This document shows, piece by piece, positions 1 to 13,588 of a DNA stretch of 32,000 nucleotides. The notes below the pieces were generated by a model that had not been told where the DNA came from, did no database searches, and saw only the letters and a list, made by a program, of their open reading frames with translations. The DNA comes from Pseudomonas aeruginosa (GTDB lineage Bacteria; Pseudomonadota; Gammaproteobacteria; Pseudomonadales; Pseudomonadaceae). Numbering within the stretch: the stretch's first letter is position 1; the number at the start of each line of letters is the position of its first letter. Where the stretch lies: contig NZ_LN831024.1 of assembly GCF_001457615.1 (NCBI RefSeq), positions 1,470,001 through 1,502,000 of the forward strand, given 5' to 3'. The translations under genes and the position numbers were made by a program.

Positions 1-1
1 C

Positions 2-775
2 GGCGCGCGCTTCGCCAACCCCAGGCTGGTCGAGCGCTATGGCAACGACAGCATGCCGGAGACCGGCGACAACGTGGCCCGCGCCTTCGGCATCGCCCGC
101 GAAGACGCCGACCGTTTCGCCGCTTCTTCCCAGGCGCGCTACCAGGCTGCGCTGGAGGAGGGCTTTTTCCTCGGCGAGATCCTTCCGGTGGAGGTGCGTG
201 CCGGACGCAAGGGCGAGACGCGGCTGGTGGAGCGCGACGAGCATCCGCGGCCGCAGGCCGACCTGGCGGCCCTGGCGCGCTTGCCGGCGTTGTTCGCCGG
301 CGGGGTAGTGACCGCCGGCAATGCCTCGGGGATCAACGACGGGGCGGCGGTAGTGCTGCTGGGCGACCGCGCGATCGGCGAGCGCGAGGGCATCCGGCCG
401 TTGGCGCGGATCCTCGCCAGCGCCAGCGTCGGCGTCGAGCCCCGGTTGATGGGCATCGGCCCGCAGCAGGCGATCCTCCGCGCGCTGCAACGCGCCGGCA
501 TCGACCTGGACGAGGTCGGCCTGATCGAGATCAACGAAGCCTTCGCGCCGCAGGTCCTGGCCTGCCTGAAGTTGCTCGGCCTGGACTACGAGGACCCGCG
601 GGTCAATCCCCATGGCGGCGCCATTGCCCTCGGCCATCCGCTCGGCGCCTCCGGTGCGCGCCTGGTGCTCACCGCCGCCCGCGGGCTGCAACGCATCGAG
701 CGGCGCTACGCGGTGGTCAGCCTGTGCGTCGGGCTCGGCCAGGGCGTGGCGATGGTGATCGAGCGCTGCCGATGA
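2..775 (+). CDS. Acetyl-CoA acetyltransferase / thiolase family protein, 3' part only (5' end outside window)
   Basis: Open in frame from the left edge; protein contains thiolase C-terminal motifs NGASGINDGAAVVLL, EINEAFAPQVLA, NPHGGAIALGHPLGASGAR; stop at 775. Confidence 0.93.
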   Translation, partial: GARFANPRLVERYGNDSMPETGDNVARAFGIAREDADRFAASSQARYQAALEEGFFLGEILPVEVRAGRKGETRLVERDEHPRPQADLAALARLPALFAGGVVTAGNASGINDGAAVVLLGDRAIGEREGIRPLARILASASVGVEPRLMGIGPQQAILRALQRAGIDLDEVGLIEINEAFAPQVLACLKLLGLDYEDPRVNPHGGAIALGHPLGASGARLVLTAARGLQRIERRYAVVSLCVGLGQGVAMVIERCR

Positions 776-821
776 GACACCGTTCCCCCTAGAAAAAGAG
801 GCGCCCAGGCGCCCGTTCGGA

Positions 822-2078
822 GTGCGTATGAACAACAACAAGAAATGCGCGTTTTTCCTGCTGCCGATCCTTGCCGGCGATAGCGTTCCCGCCTTGGCCG
901 AGGGCTTCCTCGAAGACTCGCGGGCCAGCCTGGCCTTGCGCAACTTCTACATGAACCGCGACTTCCGCGATGGCGCGGGACGTGCGAAAAGCGAGGAGTG
1001 GGCCCAGGGCTTTCTCTTCGACTACCGCTCGGGCTATACCGAGGGCACCCTCGGCGTGGGTCTCGACCTGCTGGGCAAGCTCGGCGTCCGGCTCGATTCC
1101 GGCGCGGGGCGTAGCGGCACCGGCCTGCTTCCGCTTCGCGACGATGGCAGCGCGGCGGGCGACTACGCGCGGCTGGACGCGACCGCCAAGCTGCGCCTGT
1201 CGCGCAGCGAACTGAAGGTCGGCGGCCTGGTACCGAAGCTACCGACCATCCAGCCCAACTACGGGCGGCTATTCCCCCAGGTGTTCCAGGGCGCGCTGCT
1301 GACTTCCGGTGAACTGAGCGGACTGAGCCTGAACCTGGGACGGCTGACCGAGGTCAGCCAGCGCAACGAGGCGGGCACCAGCGACCTGGCGCTGTTCAAC
1401 CGCAACCGGCGTTTCGCCGGCGCGGCGCAGGCGGACCGTTTCGACCTGGCCGGCCTGGACTACCGTATCGCCCCGGACTGGACCGGCAGCTACCACTATG
1501 GCGAACTGGAGCAGGTCTACGCCCAGCATTTCCTCGGTCTCAAGGGGCGCATCGGCATCGCTGCGGACAGCCTGGAGAGCGACTTGCGCCTGGCGCTCAG
1601 CCGGGATACCGGCGGCGCTCGCGGCGGGCGCATCGACAACCGTTCCTTCAGCGGGTCGCTCACCTACCGCCTGCGCAACGGCCAGGCCTTCGGCCTGGGC
1701 TACCAGCGGATGAGCGGCGACCACGGTTTCCCCTACCTGGAGGGGACCGATCCGTACCTGGTCAATTTCGGCCAGTACAACGACTTCGCCGAGGCTGGCG
1801 AATCCTCCTGGCAACTGCGCTACGACTGCGACTTCGCGCCGCTCGGGGTGCCCGGCCTGAGCCTGATGACGCGCTATTTCAGCGGCCATGGCGCGAAACC
1901 GAAGGGCGCCGACGGCAGTCGCGAGTGGGAACGCGACAGCGACCTGCGCTACGTGTTGCAGGGCGGTGCGCTGAAGGGACTGGGGCTGGTCTGGCGCAAC
2001 GCTACCTACCGTTCGGCCTTCAGCCGCGACATCGACGAGAACCGCCTGTACCTGACCTATGAGCTGCCGCTGTTCTGA
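822..2078 (+). CDS. opdR: OprD-family outer membrane porin
   Basis: 418-aa ORF with N-terminal export-like sequence followed by GFLEDSRASLALRNFYMNRDFRDG, typical of the OprD family, and an aromatic C-terminus (YELPLF). Start may be 828. Symbol is from recollection of the position next to metR. Confidence 0.85.
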   Translation: MRMNNNKKCAFFLLPILAGDSVPALAEGFLEDSRASLALRNFYMNRDFRDGAGRAKSEEWAQGFLFDYRSGYTEGTLGVGLDLLGKLGVRLDSGAGRSGTGLLPLRDDGSAAGDYARLDATAKLRLSRSELKVGGLVPKLPTIQPNYGRLFPQVFQGALLTSGELSGLSLNLGRLTEVSQRNEAGTSDLALFNRNRRFAGAAQADRFDLAGLDYRIAPDWTGSYHYGELEQVYAQHFLGLKGRIGIAADSLESDLRLALSRDTGGARGGRIDNRSFSGSLTYRLRNGQAFGLGYQRMSGDHGFPYLEGTDPYLVNFGQYNDFAEAGESSWQLRYDCDFAPLGVPGLSLMTRYFSGHGAKPKGADGSREWERDSDLRYVLQGGALKGLGLVWRNATYRSAFSRDIDENRLYLTYELPLF

Positions 2079-2083
2079 GCCGT

Positions 2084-3004
2084 TCAGCCCTTGGCGGCGC
2101 TGACCCCTTCGAGGGTGGCGAAGGAGGTGTCCTTGGCGGTGAGCAGGAAGTCGCGCATGAATGGCGCATCGAACATGTCCGTGCGGATGGCGGCGAAGAG
2201 CGTGCAGTACAGGCCCTTTTCACCGAGGCGCCGGGCCGTCACGTAGCCGCGCGAGCTGTACTCGTGCAGGGCCCAGTTCGGCAGGCAGCAGACGCCGCGA
2301 CCGGAGGCCACCAGCTGCATCATCATCACGGTCAGCTCGGCTATGCGCACCTGCGCCGGCTCCACGTCGGCGGGGTCGAGGAAGCGGGTGAAGACGTCGA
2401 GACGATCGCGTTCCACCGGATAGGTGATCAGGGTTTCCCGCTCCAGGTCCTCCGGGACGACATACGGTCGACCAGCCAGGGCATGCTGGTTGGCCACCGC
2501 CAGCAGCGCTTCGTAGGTGAACAGTGGCACGTAGGTGATGCCGGGCAACTCGATCGGGTCGGCGGTCACCACCAGGTCGAGGTCGCCGCGGGCCAGGGCC
2601 GGCAGCGGCGCGAAGGAGAAGCCCGAGGCCAGGTCCAGTTCGACTTCCGGCCAGGCGTCGCGGAACTGGTCGATGGTCGGCATCAGCCACTGGAAGCAAC
2701 TGTGGCATTCGATGGCCATGTGCAGGCGTCCGGCGGTACCGCCGGCGAGCCGCGCCAGGTCGCGCTCGGCGGTGCGCAGCTGGGGCAGCAGCGAGTCGGC
2801 CAGTTGCAGCAGGCGCAGCCCGGCGCTGGTGAAGCGTACCGGCTTGGTCTTGCGCACGAACAGCTGCATGCCCAGGCGCTCTTCCAGTTCCTTGAACTGG
2901 TGCGACAGCGCCGACTGGGTAAGGTGCAGGCGCTCGGCGGCTTCCACCAGGCTGTCGGCTTCGCGCAGCGCGTGCAGGGTCTTGAGGTGGCGAAGTTCGA
3001 GCAT
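2084..3004 (-). CDS. metR: LysR-family regulator of methionine biosynthesis, MetR
   Basis: 306-aa ORF beginning MLELRHLKTLHALREADSLVEAAERLHLTQSALSHQFKELEERLG, a LysR HTH closely matching MetR. Confidence 0.9.
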   Translation of the reverse strand: MLELRHLKTLHALREADSLVEAAERLHLTQSALSHQFKELEERLGMQLFVRKTKPVRFTSAGLRLLQLADSLLPQLRTAERDLARLAGGTAGRLHMAIECHSCFQWLMPTIDQFRDAWPEVELDLASGFSFAPLPALARGDLDLVVTADPIELPGITYVPLFTYEALLAVANQHALAGRPYVVPEDLERETLITYPVERDRLDVFTRFLDPADVEPAQVRIAELTVMMMQLVASGRGVCCLPNWALHEYSSRGYVTARRLGEKGLYCTLFAAIRTDMFDAPFMRDFLLTAKDTSFATLEGVSAAKG

Positions 3005-3302
3005 GGCGGCCTCTGTATGAGCAAAACTTGATAGCGGTGCGGATTCGTTGAGTTTGTCTCATACGCCAGGGGCTGTCGACAAGCGATGGCCTCGATCCCG
3101 CAGAGCGTGCGATCGTGGAGCGACGGGGAGAAGAGCCCGGCACACGGGACGGCGGCACGGAGCAGCGGCGCAACGCCGCAGAGCCACAACGCCACGACCG
3201 CCTGGCGGCATTCATCAAACTGTCACGCTACTGTGGCAGCGCGCTGGACGAAATTTAATCAGAATCGCGCTCCACTGGGGTTTTGCGTTCTGGGTTTTCT
3301 TC

Positions 3303-4289
3303 ATGCGTGCTTTCATCTTCCTGGCCGCCTTGTTGTGCAGCCTCTCCTCCTTTGCGGCGGCGCGTTGCGACGCACGCGTACCTACCGAGACGGTCGAACT
3401 GGGCGACGTGCGCCTGGCCTACCAAAGCATCGGCCGCGACAGCGATCCGGCCCTGCTGCTGGTGATGGGCCTGGGCGGGCAACTGATCCACTGGCCGGAC
3501 GAGGTGGTCAGCGCCCTGTGCGAGCAAGGCTTCCGGGTGATCCGCTACGACAACCGCGACGTCGGCCTGTCGGCCTGGAACGTGCCGGTGCCCAGTTCGC
3601 GGCTGACCTACGAAGTGGTGCGTTATCGCCTCGGCCTGCCGGTCAGCGCGCCCTATACCCTCACCGACATGGCCGGCGATGCCCTGCATCTGCTCGACGC
3701 GCTGGATATCCCCCAGGCCCATGTGCTCGGCGCCAGCATGGGCGGGATGATCGCCCAGCACATCGCCGACATGGCGCCGCAGCGCCTGCTCAGCCTGACC
3801 CTGGTGATGACCAGCTCCGGCGCCGAAGGCCTGCCGGCGCCCAGCGAGTCGCTGCTGCGCCTGCTGGCGCGGCGCGAGGCGGCCAGCCGCGAGCAGGCGG
3901 TCGAGCAGCAGGCCGACCTGCTGGCGGCGCTGGGCAGCCCGGAAGTGCGCGATGATCGCCAGCAACTTCTGTTGCAGGCCGCACGTTCCTACGACCGCGC
4001 GTTCAACCCGGAAGGCGTGCAGCGGCAATTGCTGGCGATCCTCGCCGAACCCAGCCGGGTGCCGCTGCTGAACCGTCTGCAGGTGCCGACCCTGGTGATC
4101 CATGGCACCGCCGATCCGCTGCTGCCGGTGATGCACGGCGTACACGTGGCGGCGCATATCCGTGGCTCGGAGCTGAAGCTGATCCCCGGTCTCGCCCATC
4201 GCTTCCAGGAAGCCTTCAAGGAGCCGTTGCTGGCGGCGGTGGTGCCTTACCTGAAGGCCCATCGGCAGGCCAGCGTCGTCCAGCTCTGA
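3303..4289 (+). CDS. Alpha/beta hydrolase with predicted signal peptide
   Basis: From ATG 3303 ([22 protein letters not shown] signal-like); contains [15 protein letters not shown] nucleophile elbow and late DP/H region ([15 protein letters not shown]). The listed ORF start at 3048 is probably too far upstream. Confidence 0.87.
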   Translation: MRAFIFLAALLCSLSSFAAARCDARVPTETVELGDVRLAYQSIGRDSDPALLLVMGLGGQLIHWPDEVVSALCEQGFRVIRYDNRDVGLSAWNVPVPSSRLTYEVVRYRLGLPVSAPYTLTDMAGDALHLLDALDIPQAHVLGASMGGMIAQHIADMAPQRLLSLTLVMTSSGAEGLPAPSESLLRLLARREAASREQAVEQQADLLAALGSPEVRDDRQQLLLQAARSYDRAFNPEGVQRQLLAILAEPSRVPLLNRLQVPTLVIHGTADPLLPVMHGVHVAAHIRGSELKLIPGLAHRFQEAFKEPLLAAVVPYLKAHRQASVVQL

Positions 4290-4305
4290 AGCCGCGCTCG
4301 CGGTC

Positions 4306-4644
4306 TCAGGCGTGCAGGCGTACCCAGAGGCCCACCAGCACGCTTGCCGCCACCAGCCAGGCCAGCGCCGCCAGGGCCAGCGAGGTCTCCAGGCGGAAGC
4401 GCTCGACCAGCAGGTAGAGCGCGGCGAGATAGACGAAGTAGGGGATGATCGACCACATGCCGAAGACGATGGTGGTCTTCAGGTCGTCCAGCGAACGGCC
4501 CTTGCCGACGATGTAGTGGGCAATCAGGGCGAAGGTGGGAAACAGCGGCACCAGGCCGGCGATGTAGTAGTTGCGGGTCTTCGACAGGACGGCGAGGAGC
4601 ACGACCACGGCGGCGCCGATCAGCGCCTTGAACATCAGGTCCAC
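4306..4644 (-). CDS. glpM: GlpM membrane protein
   Basis: 112-aa, four hydrophobic segments, [44 protein letters not shown]; located next to glpD. Alternative start 4635. Confidence 0.88.
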   Translation of the reverse strand: MDLMFKALIGAAVVVLLAVLSKTRNYYIAGLVPLFPTFALIAHYIVGKGRSLDDLKTTIVFGMWSIIPYFVYLAALYLLVERFRLETSLALAALAWLVAASVLVGLWVRLHA

Positions 4645-4726
4645 GGGATTCTCGACTGCGGCGGCGCCACCGGCTTGGTGGCGTCGCGCATTATGCCCGG
4701 ATCGTCCCGTACCCTTCCATAACGAA

Positions 4727-4750
4727 CGAGGCCCGCAAAAGCGGGCCTCG
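4727..4750 (-). terminator. Probable rho-independent-like hairpin downstream of glpD
   Basis: Perfect 10-bp stem CGAGGCCCGC-aaaa-GCGGGCCTCG just past the glpD stop; the T-tract on the minus strand is weak. Confidence 0.55.
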
Positions 4751-4767
4751 ACGTTTCTGGCTGGCGA

Positions 4768-6306
4768 TCAGGCCGCATGCACCCGCGGGCGATGCGGATG
4801 CTCGCTCTGCAGGTACTGGCCGAGGCGCACCTGCTGGCTCGGCGAGAGGAACAGGCCGAGCTTGCTGCGGCGCCAGAGGATGTCCTCGGCGTCCTGGGCC
4901 CACTCGTGCTTGCACAGGTAGTCCACTTCGCGGGCATACAGGCCGCCGCCCAGGTGCTCGCCGAGATCGGCTTCGCCATTGACCCCGTCCAGCAGGCGCC
5001 ACACCCGGGTGCCGTAGGTGCGCGCCCAGCGCAGCGCCAGTTCGCGGTCGAGCCAGGCGTAGCGGTTGGCCAGTTGCTCGGTGAGCGCCTCGACGCTCTG
5101 CATCTGCTCGCCGCCCGGCAGCGGTGCCTTGGCGGTCCAGGCCGGGCCGAGATTGGCGAAGAACGGCTGGAGCTGCGTCAGCGCCGATTCGGCCAGCTTG
5201 CGGTAGGTGGTCAGCTTGCCGCCGAACACCGAGAGCAGCGGCGGCTCGCCGTTGCCGGCGGAGAGCGACAGGGTGTAGTCGCGGGTGATCGCCGAAGGCT
5301 CGTCGGACTCGTCGTCGCACAGCGGACGCACGCCGGCGAAGCTGTGCAGGATGTCGGCGGCCGCGAGTTGCTGCTTGAAATGGGCGTTCACCACTTGCAG
5401 CAGGTAGGCGGTTTCCTCTTCGCTGATCGCCACCTTGGCCGGGTCGCCCTGGTACTCGCGATCGGTGGTGCCGATCATGGTGAAACGGTCCAGATAGGGG
5501 ATGGCGAAGACGATGCGGCGGTCTTCGTTCTGCAGGATGTAGGCGTGCTCGCCTTCGTACAGCTTCGGCACGATGATGTGGCTGCCCTGGATCAGGCGGA
5601 TACCGTAGGGCGACTTCTGTTTCAGGTCGTCCTGGATGAAGCGCGCTACCCAGGGGCCGGCGGCGTTCACCAGGGCGCGGGCGCGGATCGAATACAGGCT
5701 GCCGTCGCTGCGCTCCAGGTGCAGGTGCCAGAGTCCCTTGCTGCGACGGGCGCTGACGCAGCGGGTGCGGGTATGGACGTGGGCGCCGTGCTCGCGAGCG
5801 GAGATCGCGTTGAGCACCACCAGGCGCGCATCGTCCACCGCGCAGTCGGAGTACTCGAAGCCACGGCGGATCTCGGCCTTCAGCGGGCTGCTGCCGGTGA
5901 AGCGCAGGCCGCGCGAGGCGGGCAGCTTCTCGCGCTTGCCGAGGTGATCGTAGAGGAACAGGCCGGCACGGATCATCCAGGCCGGGCGCAGGTGCGGACG
6001 GTGCGGCAGGACGAAGCGCAGCGGCTTGACGATGTGCGGCGCCTTGGCCAGCAGGACCTCGCGCTCGGCCAGGGCTTCGCGGACCAGGCGGAATTCGTAG
6101 TGTTCGAGGTAGCGCAGGCCGCCGTGGATCAGCTTGCTGCTGGCCGAGGAGGTGTGCTGGGCCAGGTCGTGCTGTTCGCAAAGGAACACGGACAGGCCGC
6201 GCCCGGCTGCGTCGGCGGCGATCCCTACACCGTTGATGCCACCGCCGACCACGGCGACATCGTAGACTTCGGCGAGTGGAGCGGAGGGGGTGTGCGCTTG
6301 ACTCAT
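4768..6306 (-). CDS. glpD: Aerobic glycerol-3-phosphate dehydrogenase
   Basis: From start 6306: MSQAHTPSAPLAEVYDVAVVGGGINGVGIAADAAGRGLSVFLCEQHDLAQHTSSASSKLIHGGLRYLE; FAD-binding GxGxxG and the GlpD signature. Confidence 0.95.
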   Translation of the reverse strand: MSQAHTPSAPLAEVYDVAVVGGGINGVGIAADAAGRGLSVFLCEQHDLAQHTSSASSKLIHGGLRYLEHYEFRLVREALAEREVLLAKAPHIVKPLRFVLPHRPHLRPAWMIRAGLFLYDHLGKREKLPASRGLRFTGSSPLKAEIRRGFEYSDCAVDDARLVVLNAISAREHGAHVHTRTRCVSARRSKGLWHLHLERSDGSLYSIRARALVNAAGPWVARFIQDDLKQKSPYGIRLIQGSHIIVPKLYEGEHAYILQNEDRRIVFAIPYLDRFTMIGTTDREYQGDPAKVAISEEETAYLLQVVNAHFKQQLAAADILHSFAGVRPLCDDESDEPSAITRDYTLSLSAGNGEPPLLSVFGGKLTTYRKLAESALTQLQPFFANLGPAWTAKAPLPGGEQMQSVEALTEQLANRYAWLDRELALRWARTYGTRVWRLLDGVNGEADLGEHLGGGLYAREVDYLCKHEWAQDAEDILWRRSKLGLFLSPSQQVRLGQYLQSEHPHRPRVHAA

Positions 6307-6340
6307 GTGAAAGGCCCTGAAGTCGAAAGTGAACGTAGTT

Positions 6341-6357
6341 TTGTTCGAATTCGAAAA
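6341..6357 (-). promoter_or_regulatory. Candidate GlpR operator upstream of glpD
   Basis: TTGTTCGAATTCGAAAA including perfect palindrome TTCGAATTCGAA (6344-6355); matches the site upstream of glpF. Confidence 0.5.
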
Positions 6358-6584
6358 TAGCTTAGTCGATTGCGCAGTTATTGACCAGCCCGATTCACCA
6401 GGCTTTTTCAATTTCGAAGGGGTGCCCGGGCGCTACCGGTTTGCCCGTCCGCGCGGGAACCGCCCCTCTTCCGCATGCGGGAAAGCGGCCGCCGAGGGTC
6501 GTGGCGCATGGGCAGGGGTCGGCAGGTGGCTTTTCTGAAACGAACATTCACGGCGCCGAACGGCGCCGTGGCAGGGGAAATGCC

Positions 6585-7340
6585 TCAGACCAGGTCCAGG
6601 TGAACCTTGTGCTGTGCCATCAGGCGGGCGATGGCGGCGGGCGGCGGGCTGTCGCTGATGACCCGGTTGACCAGCGAGATCGGTCCCAGGCGGACCACCG
6701 CGTTGCGCCCGAACTTGCTCGAGTCGGCGGCCAGGAACACTTGCCGCGCGTTGTCGATGATCGCCTGGGATACGCGCACTTCCTGGTAGTCGAAGTCGAG
6801 CAGGCTGCCATCCTCGTCGATGCCGCTGATGCCGACCAGGGCGAAGTCGACGCGGAACTGCTGGATGAAATCCACCGCGGCCTGGCCGACGATGCCGCCG
6901 TCGCTGCGTACGGTGCCGCCGGCGACCAGCACTTCGAAGTCTTCCTTGGCGCTGAGGGTGGCGGCCACGTGCAGGTTGTTGGTGATGATCTTCAGATTGC
7001 GGTGGTTGAGCAGGGCGCGGGCGATGGCCTCGGTGGTGGTGCCGATGTTGATGAACAGCGAGGCGTTGTCCGGCACCAGGCTGGCCACGGCTTCGGCGAT
7101 GCGCTGCTTCTCGTCACGCATCTGGTCGGCGCGCATGGTGTAGGCGGTGTTCTCGATGCTCGAATCGTAGGCCGCACCGCCGTGGTAGCGGCGCAGCAGT
7201 CCCTGTTCGGCGAGCTGGTTGATGTCGCGGCGGATGGTCTGCGGGGTGACCGCGAACATCTGCGCCATCTCCTCGATGCTCAGGTAACCGCGCTCGCGGA
7301 CCTCCTCGATGATGCTTTGCTGTCGGGGGGGCAGGTTCAT
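6585..7340 (-). CDS. glpR: DeoR-family glycerol-3-phosphate regulon repressor
   Basis: From ATG at 7340: [56 protein letters not shown], DeoR-type HTH; sits between glpD and glpK. Confidence 0.94.
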
Positions 7341-7545
7341 GGGTTGTTCTCGTGCTGCCGGGCCGGGACCCTGGAAAGTCGCCAAGAATGCCGCACGCGG
7401 GGGGCCGTTGTCAGCCGTGCATGAGTCGTAGAGGGCGCCGCGGCGGCACCCGGCCGCCGCGCGCAAACGTTACCCAGGGCATGCCAGAGCGGCGCCCGGG
7501 AACACGCCATTCGCCGCATTGCGGCGGACGAATGGCGCCAGCTCG

Positions 7546-9102
<1,557 letters not shown>

Positions 9103-9942
9103 TCAGGAAGCGCGAACCTTCTCCGGCTCGGCTTCGGCGGGCGCTGCGGCGCTCGGCAGATGGCGCGCGATCAGTACACGATAGCCGCCGGCGCCGAGGC
9201 AGGCACCGAGGATCGGGGCGAAGATCGGCACCAGGAAATAGGGAATCTCGCGGCCGCCGGTGAAGGCGATGGGCCCCCAGCCGGCCAGGTAGGTCATCAG
9301 CTTGGGGCCGAAGTCGCGCGCCGGGTTCATCGCGAAACCGGTCAGCGGGCCCATGGCGCTACCGATCACGGCGATCAGCAGGCCGATCAGCAGCGGCGCC
9401 AACGGACCGCGCGGCAGGCCGTTGCCGTCGTCGGTAAGGGCCATGATCACCGCCATGAGGATGGCCGTGATCACCACTTCGACGAGGAACGCCTGGCCGA
9501 CCGACAGCGCCGGGTGCGGATAGGTGGAGAACACCGAGGCCAGGGCCAGGCTGTCCTGGCTGCCGCGGACGATGTTCTGCGCCTGTTCGAACTCGATGAA
9601 CAGGCTGCTGTAGAGGGTGTAGACCAGCGCTGCGGCGCAGAACGCACCGGCCACCTGGGCGGTGATGTAGAACGGCAGCTTGCGCCCCTCGAAGCCGGCG
9701 AACAGCCACAGCGCGATGCTCACCGCCGGGTTCAGGTGGGCGCCGGAGACGCCGGCGCTGAGGTAGATCGCCATGCTCACGCCGATCCCCCAGATGATGC
9801 TGATCTCCCACAGGCCGAAGCTGGCGCCGGCGACCTTCAGGGCCGCGACGCAACCGGTGCCGAAGAAGATGAGGAGGGCGGTGCCGAGGAACTCGGCCAG
9901 GCATTGGCCGAACAGGGACGGGGTCGGGGCGGCGGTGGTCAT
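9103..9942 (-). CDS. glpF: Glycerol uptake facilitator (aquaglyceroporin, MIP family)
   Basis: 279-aa membrane protein with NPA-box variants HLNPAVSIA and FAMNPARDFGPK; same strand and adjacent to glpK. Confidence 0.96.
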   Translation of the reverse strand: MTTAAPTPSLFGQCLAEFLGTALLIFFGTGCVAALKVAGASFGLWEISIIWGIGVSMAIYLSAGVSGAHLNPAVSIALWLFAGFEGRKLPFYITAQVAGAFCAAALVYTLYSSLFIEFEQAQNIVRGSQDSLALASVFSTYPHPALSVGQAFLVEVVITAILMAVIMALTDDGNGLPRGPLAPLLIGLLIAVIGSAMGPLTGFAMNPARDFGPKLMTYLAGWGPIAFTGGREIPYFLVPIFAPILGACLGAGGYRVLIARHLPSAAAPAEAEPEKVRAS

Positions 9943-9990
9943 GGGGCCTCTCTTGTCTGTTCTTGTAATTATGGCGGGCAGCCGTGAAAA

Positions 9991-10007
9991 TTGTTCAGTT
10001 TCGAAAA
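9991..10007 (-). promoter_or_regulatory. Candidate GlpR operator upstream of glpF
   Basis: TTGTTCAGTTTCGAAAA, same strand and spacing as the glpD upstream motif TTGTTCGAATTCGAAAA. Confidence 0.45.
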
Positions 10008-10206
10008 AATATATTCACAAAGGAATGCTGTCAAAGCGCGAAGATGAACGTTTGTCCGAAAAACGACCCTCCGGTTTCGTTTTCGCGGCCAATCGAATAT
10101 CGCTACCGAGGCACGCGGGCCGCGGCATCGGCGCCCGTGCAGCAGGGGCGGCGATGGCTTAAGGTAGGCGCCGGTTTTCAGCCAACGTTCTTCTCCGGGA
10201 GTGACC

Positions 10207-10677
10207 ATGACCCCTGCCATCGACCTGCTGAAAAAGGCCCGCGCCGCGCACAAGGTGCTCAGCTACAGCCACGACCCCAAGGCACCTTCCTATGGCCTGG
10301 AGGCCGCGGAAAAGCTCGGCCTGGACCCGCAGCGGGTGTTCAAGACGCTGCTCGCCGCCACGGAGAAGGGCGAGTTGCTGGTGGCGGTGGTGCCGGTGAT
10401 CGGCAGTCTCGACCTGAAGGCCCTGGCCCATGCGGCGGGGGCGAAGAAGGCCGACATGGCCGATCCGCAGGCGGCGCAGCGGGCTACCGGCTACCTGGTG
10501 GGCGGGATCAGCCCGCTGGGGCAGAAGAAGCGCCTGCGTACCTTCATCGATGAAAGCGCGCGGCAGTACCCGAGCATCCATGTCAGCGCAGGACGGCGCG
10601 GGCTGGAAGTGGAGCTGGCGGCCGAGGTGCTGGCCCAGCTGACCCAGGGTTCGTTCGCCGCCATCGGCCGTGAATGA
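10207..10677 (+). CDS. ybaK: YbaK/EbsC-family Cys-tRNA(Pro) deacylase
   Basis: MTPAIDLLKKARAAHKVLSYSHDPKAPSYGLEAAEKLGLDPQRVFKTLLA...TGYLVGGISPLGQKKRLRTFIDESA. Start may be 10201. Confidence 0.9.
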   Translation: MTPAIDLLKKARAAHKVLSYSHDPKAPSYGLEAAEKLGLDPQRVFKTLLAATEKGELLVAVVPVIGSLDLKALAHAAGAKKADMADPQAAQRATGYLVGGISPLGQKKRLRTFIDESARQYPSIHVSAGRRGLEVELAAEVLAQLTQGSFAAIGRE

Positions 10678-10740
10678 GCCGCTAATCCCGCCGGCCTAGC
10701 GGTCGGCATTCGTCTTACTTTTCAATCTGTCAGGTTTTCC

Positions 10741-12225
<1,485 letters not shown>

Positions 12226-12420
12226 GCGGCGTTTCGCGGAAAAAGGCGGCGTTTTTGCCGGCGGCTTCACAACGCCGGCAGGTCGCCGCAAACGCCCGCT
12301 CGGGCAATGGGTCGAAGGCAGGGCGAAGTCCCACTGTTACGATCGGAAAAGATCGCACTGTATCGCCCATCCCGGAGCCTGCGGCGGCATGCTGTGGCGA
12401 TCGTTCCCAGGAGGTCTGCC

Positions 12421-13206
12421 ATGCAGCTCGAGTTCCACCAGGTCGACGCGTTTTCTTCCCGCCCGTTCAGTGGCAATCCCGCCGTGGTCTATCGCCTCGA
12501 CGCCTGGCTGGCGGACGAGCTGATGCAGATGATCGCGACCGAGCACAACCTCTCCGAGACCGCCTTCGTCGTTCGCGAAGGAGAGGCCTGGCGGATCCGC
12601 TGGTTCACCCCGAGCGTCGAGGTGGCGCTCTGCGGCCACGCCACACTGGCTGCGGCCCACGTACTGTTCGAGGTCTACGACGAGCCGGGCGAGCGCCTGG
12701 AATTCATCTCGCGCTCCGGTGCGCTGCGGGTCAACCGCGAGGACGAGCGGCTGGTCCTGGATTTCCCCGCGCAGTATCCGAGCGAGGTCGGTAGCACCGT
12801 CGAGCTGGAGCAGGCCCTGGGCCTGCCGCCGGTGGACGTGCTGGGCTCCACCGACAAGCTGCTGGTGCTGCTCGAGTCCGAAGAGGCGGTGCGCGCCTGT
12901 CGCCCCGACTTCGCGGCCCTGGCGCGGCTGCCCTGGCGTGGAGTGATCGTCACCGCGCGGGGTCTGCAGAAGGATTTCGTCTCGCGCTTCTTCGCCCCGG
13001 CGATGGGCGTCGACGAAGACCCGGTCACCGGCTCCGCGCATTGCAGCCTGATTCCCTACTGGGCCCAGCGCTTGAACAAACTGTCGCTGACCGCCCAGCA
13101 GTGCTCGGCGCGCGGCGGCGAGCTGTGGTGCCGGTTGGAGGGCGAGCGGGTGAGTATCGCCGGGCATGCGGTGCTGGTGGCGAGCGGAAGGATTCGATTG
13201 AGCTGA
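12421..13206 (+). CDS. PhzF-family (phenazine biosynthesis-like / diaminopimelate epimerase fold) protein
   Basis: MQLEFHQVDAFSSRPFSGNPAVVYRLDAWLADELMQMIATEHNLSETAFV...VTGSAHCSLIPYWAQRL. Confidence 0.92.
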   Translation: MQLEFHQVDAFSSRPFSGNPAVVYRLDAWLADELMQMIATEHNLSETAFVVREGEAWRIRWFTPSVEVALCGHATLAAAHVLFEVYDEPGERLEFISRSGALRVNREDERLVLDFPAQYPSEVGSTVELEQALGLPPVDVLGSTDKLLVLLESEEAVRACRPDFAALARLPWRGVIVTARGLQKDFVSRFFAPAMGVDEDPVTGSAHCSLIPYWAQRLNKLSLTAQQCSARGGELWCRLEGERVSIAGHAVLVASGRIRLS

Positions 13207-13270
13207 GGGCCGCTTCAGGAGGGGGGATGACCTCGTGCATGCCAGACCTCCACATACCGAAGCCCTGATC

Positions 13271-13353
13271 CGTAGGGTGAATAACCGCTTGCGGTTATCC
13301 GCCGCTTATCCGGGAGTATCGGCGGATACCGCCTGTGGCGGTATTCGCCCTAC
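13271..13353. repeat. REP/BIME-like double palindrome, copy R1
   Basis: CGTAGGGTGAATAACCGCTTGCGGTTATCCGCC...GGCGGATACCGCCTGTGGCGGTATTCGCCCTAC; same family as elements at 15031, 15469 and 15698. Confidence 0.85.
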
Positions 13354-13521
13354 AGGCCCTGGAAACACCGGACAGCTCCCCCGGACATTTCCGCAGGCTC
13401 TCTCAGAAGCCCGGGAATTGGATAAAAACCCAGTAGGAGGATGATGGAGGGGCCGGCAAATCCATCCCGCAGGGACAGGACCGAACGGCACTGCCCTCTA
13501 TTTTCTGAGGGCAAAAAAGAC

Positions 13522-13555
13522 GCGGGCCGCAGGTGCGGGAACACCTACGACCCGC
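13522..13555 (+). promoter_or_regulatory. 5' leader hairpin upstream of the 104-aa small protein gene
   Basis: GCGGGcCGcAGGTG-CGGGAA-CACCTaCGaCCCGC stem with two mismatches, ending 33 nt before the start codon. Confidence 0.5.
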
Positions 13556-13588
13556 TAACCACAAACCAGCTTATAAAGGAGCTGACCC

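Noticed and set aside
13492-13518. Hairpin TGCCCTC/GAGGGCA followed by A6, considered as a terminator
   Set aside because: The tract is A-rich on the plus strand and precedes the hairpin on the minus strand, so it is in the wrong place for an intrinsic terminator in either direction.
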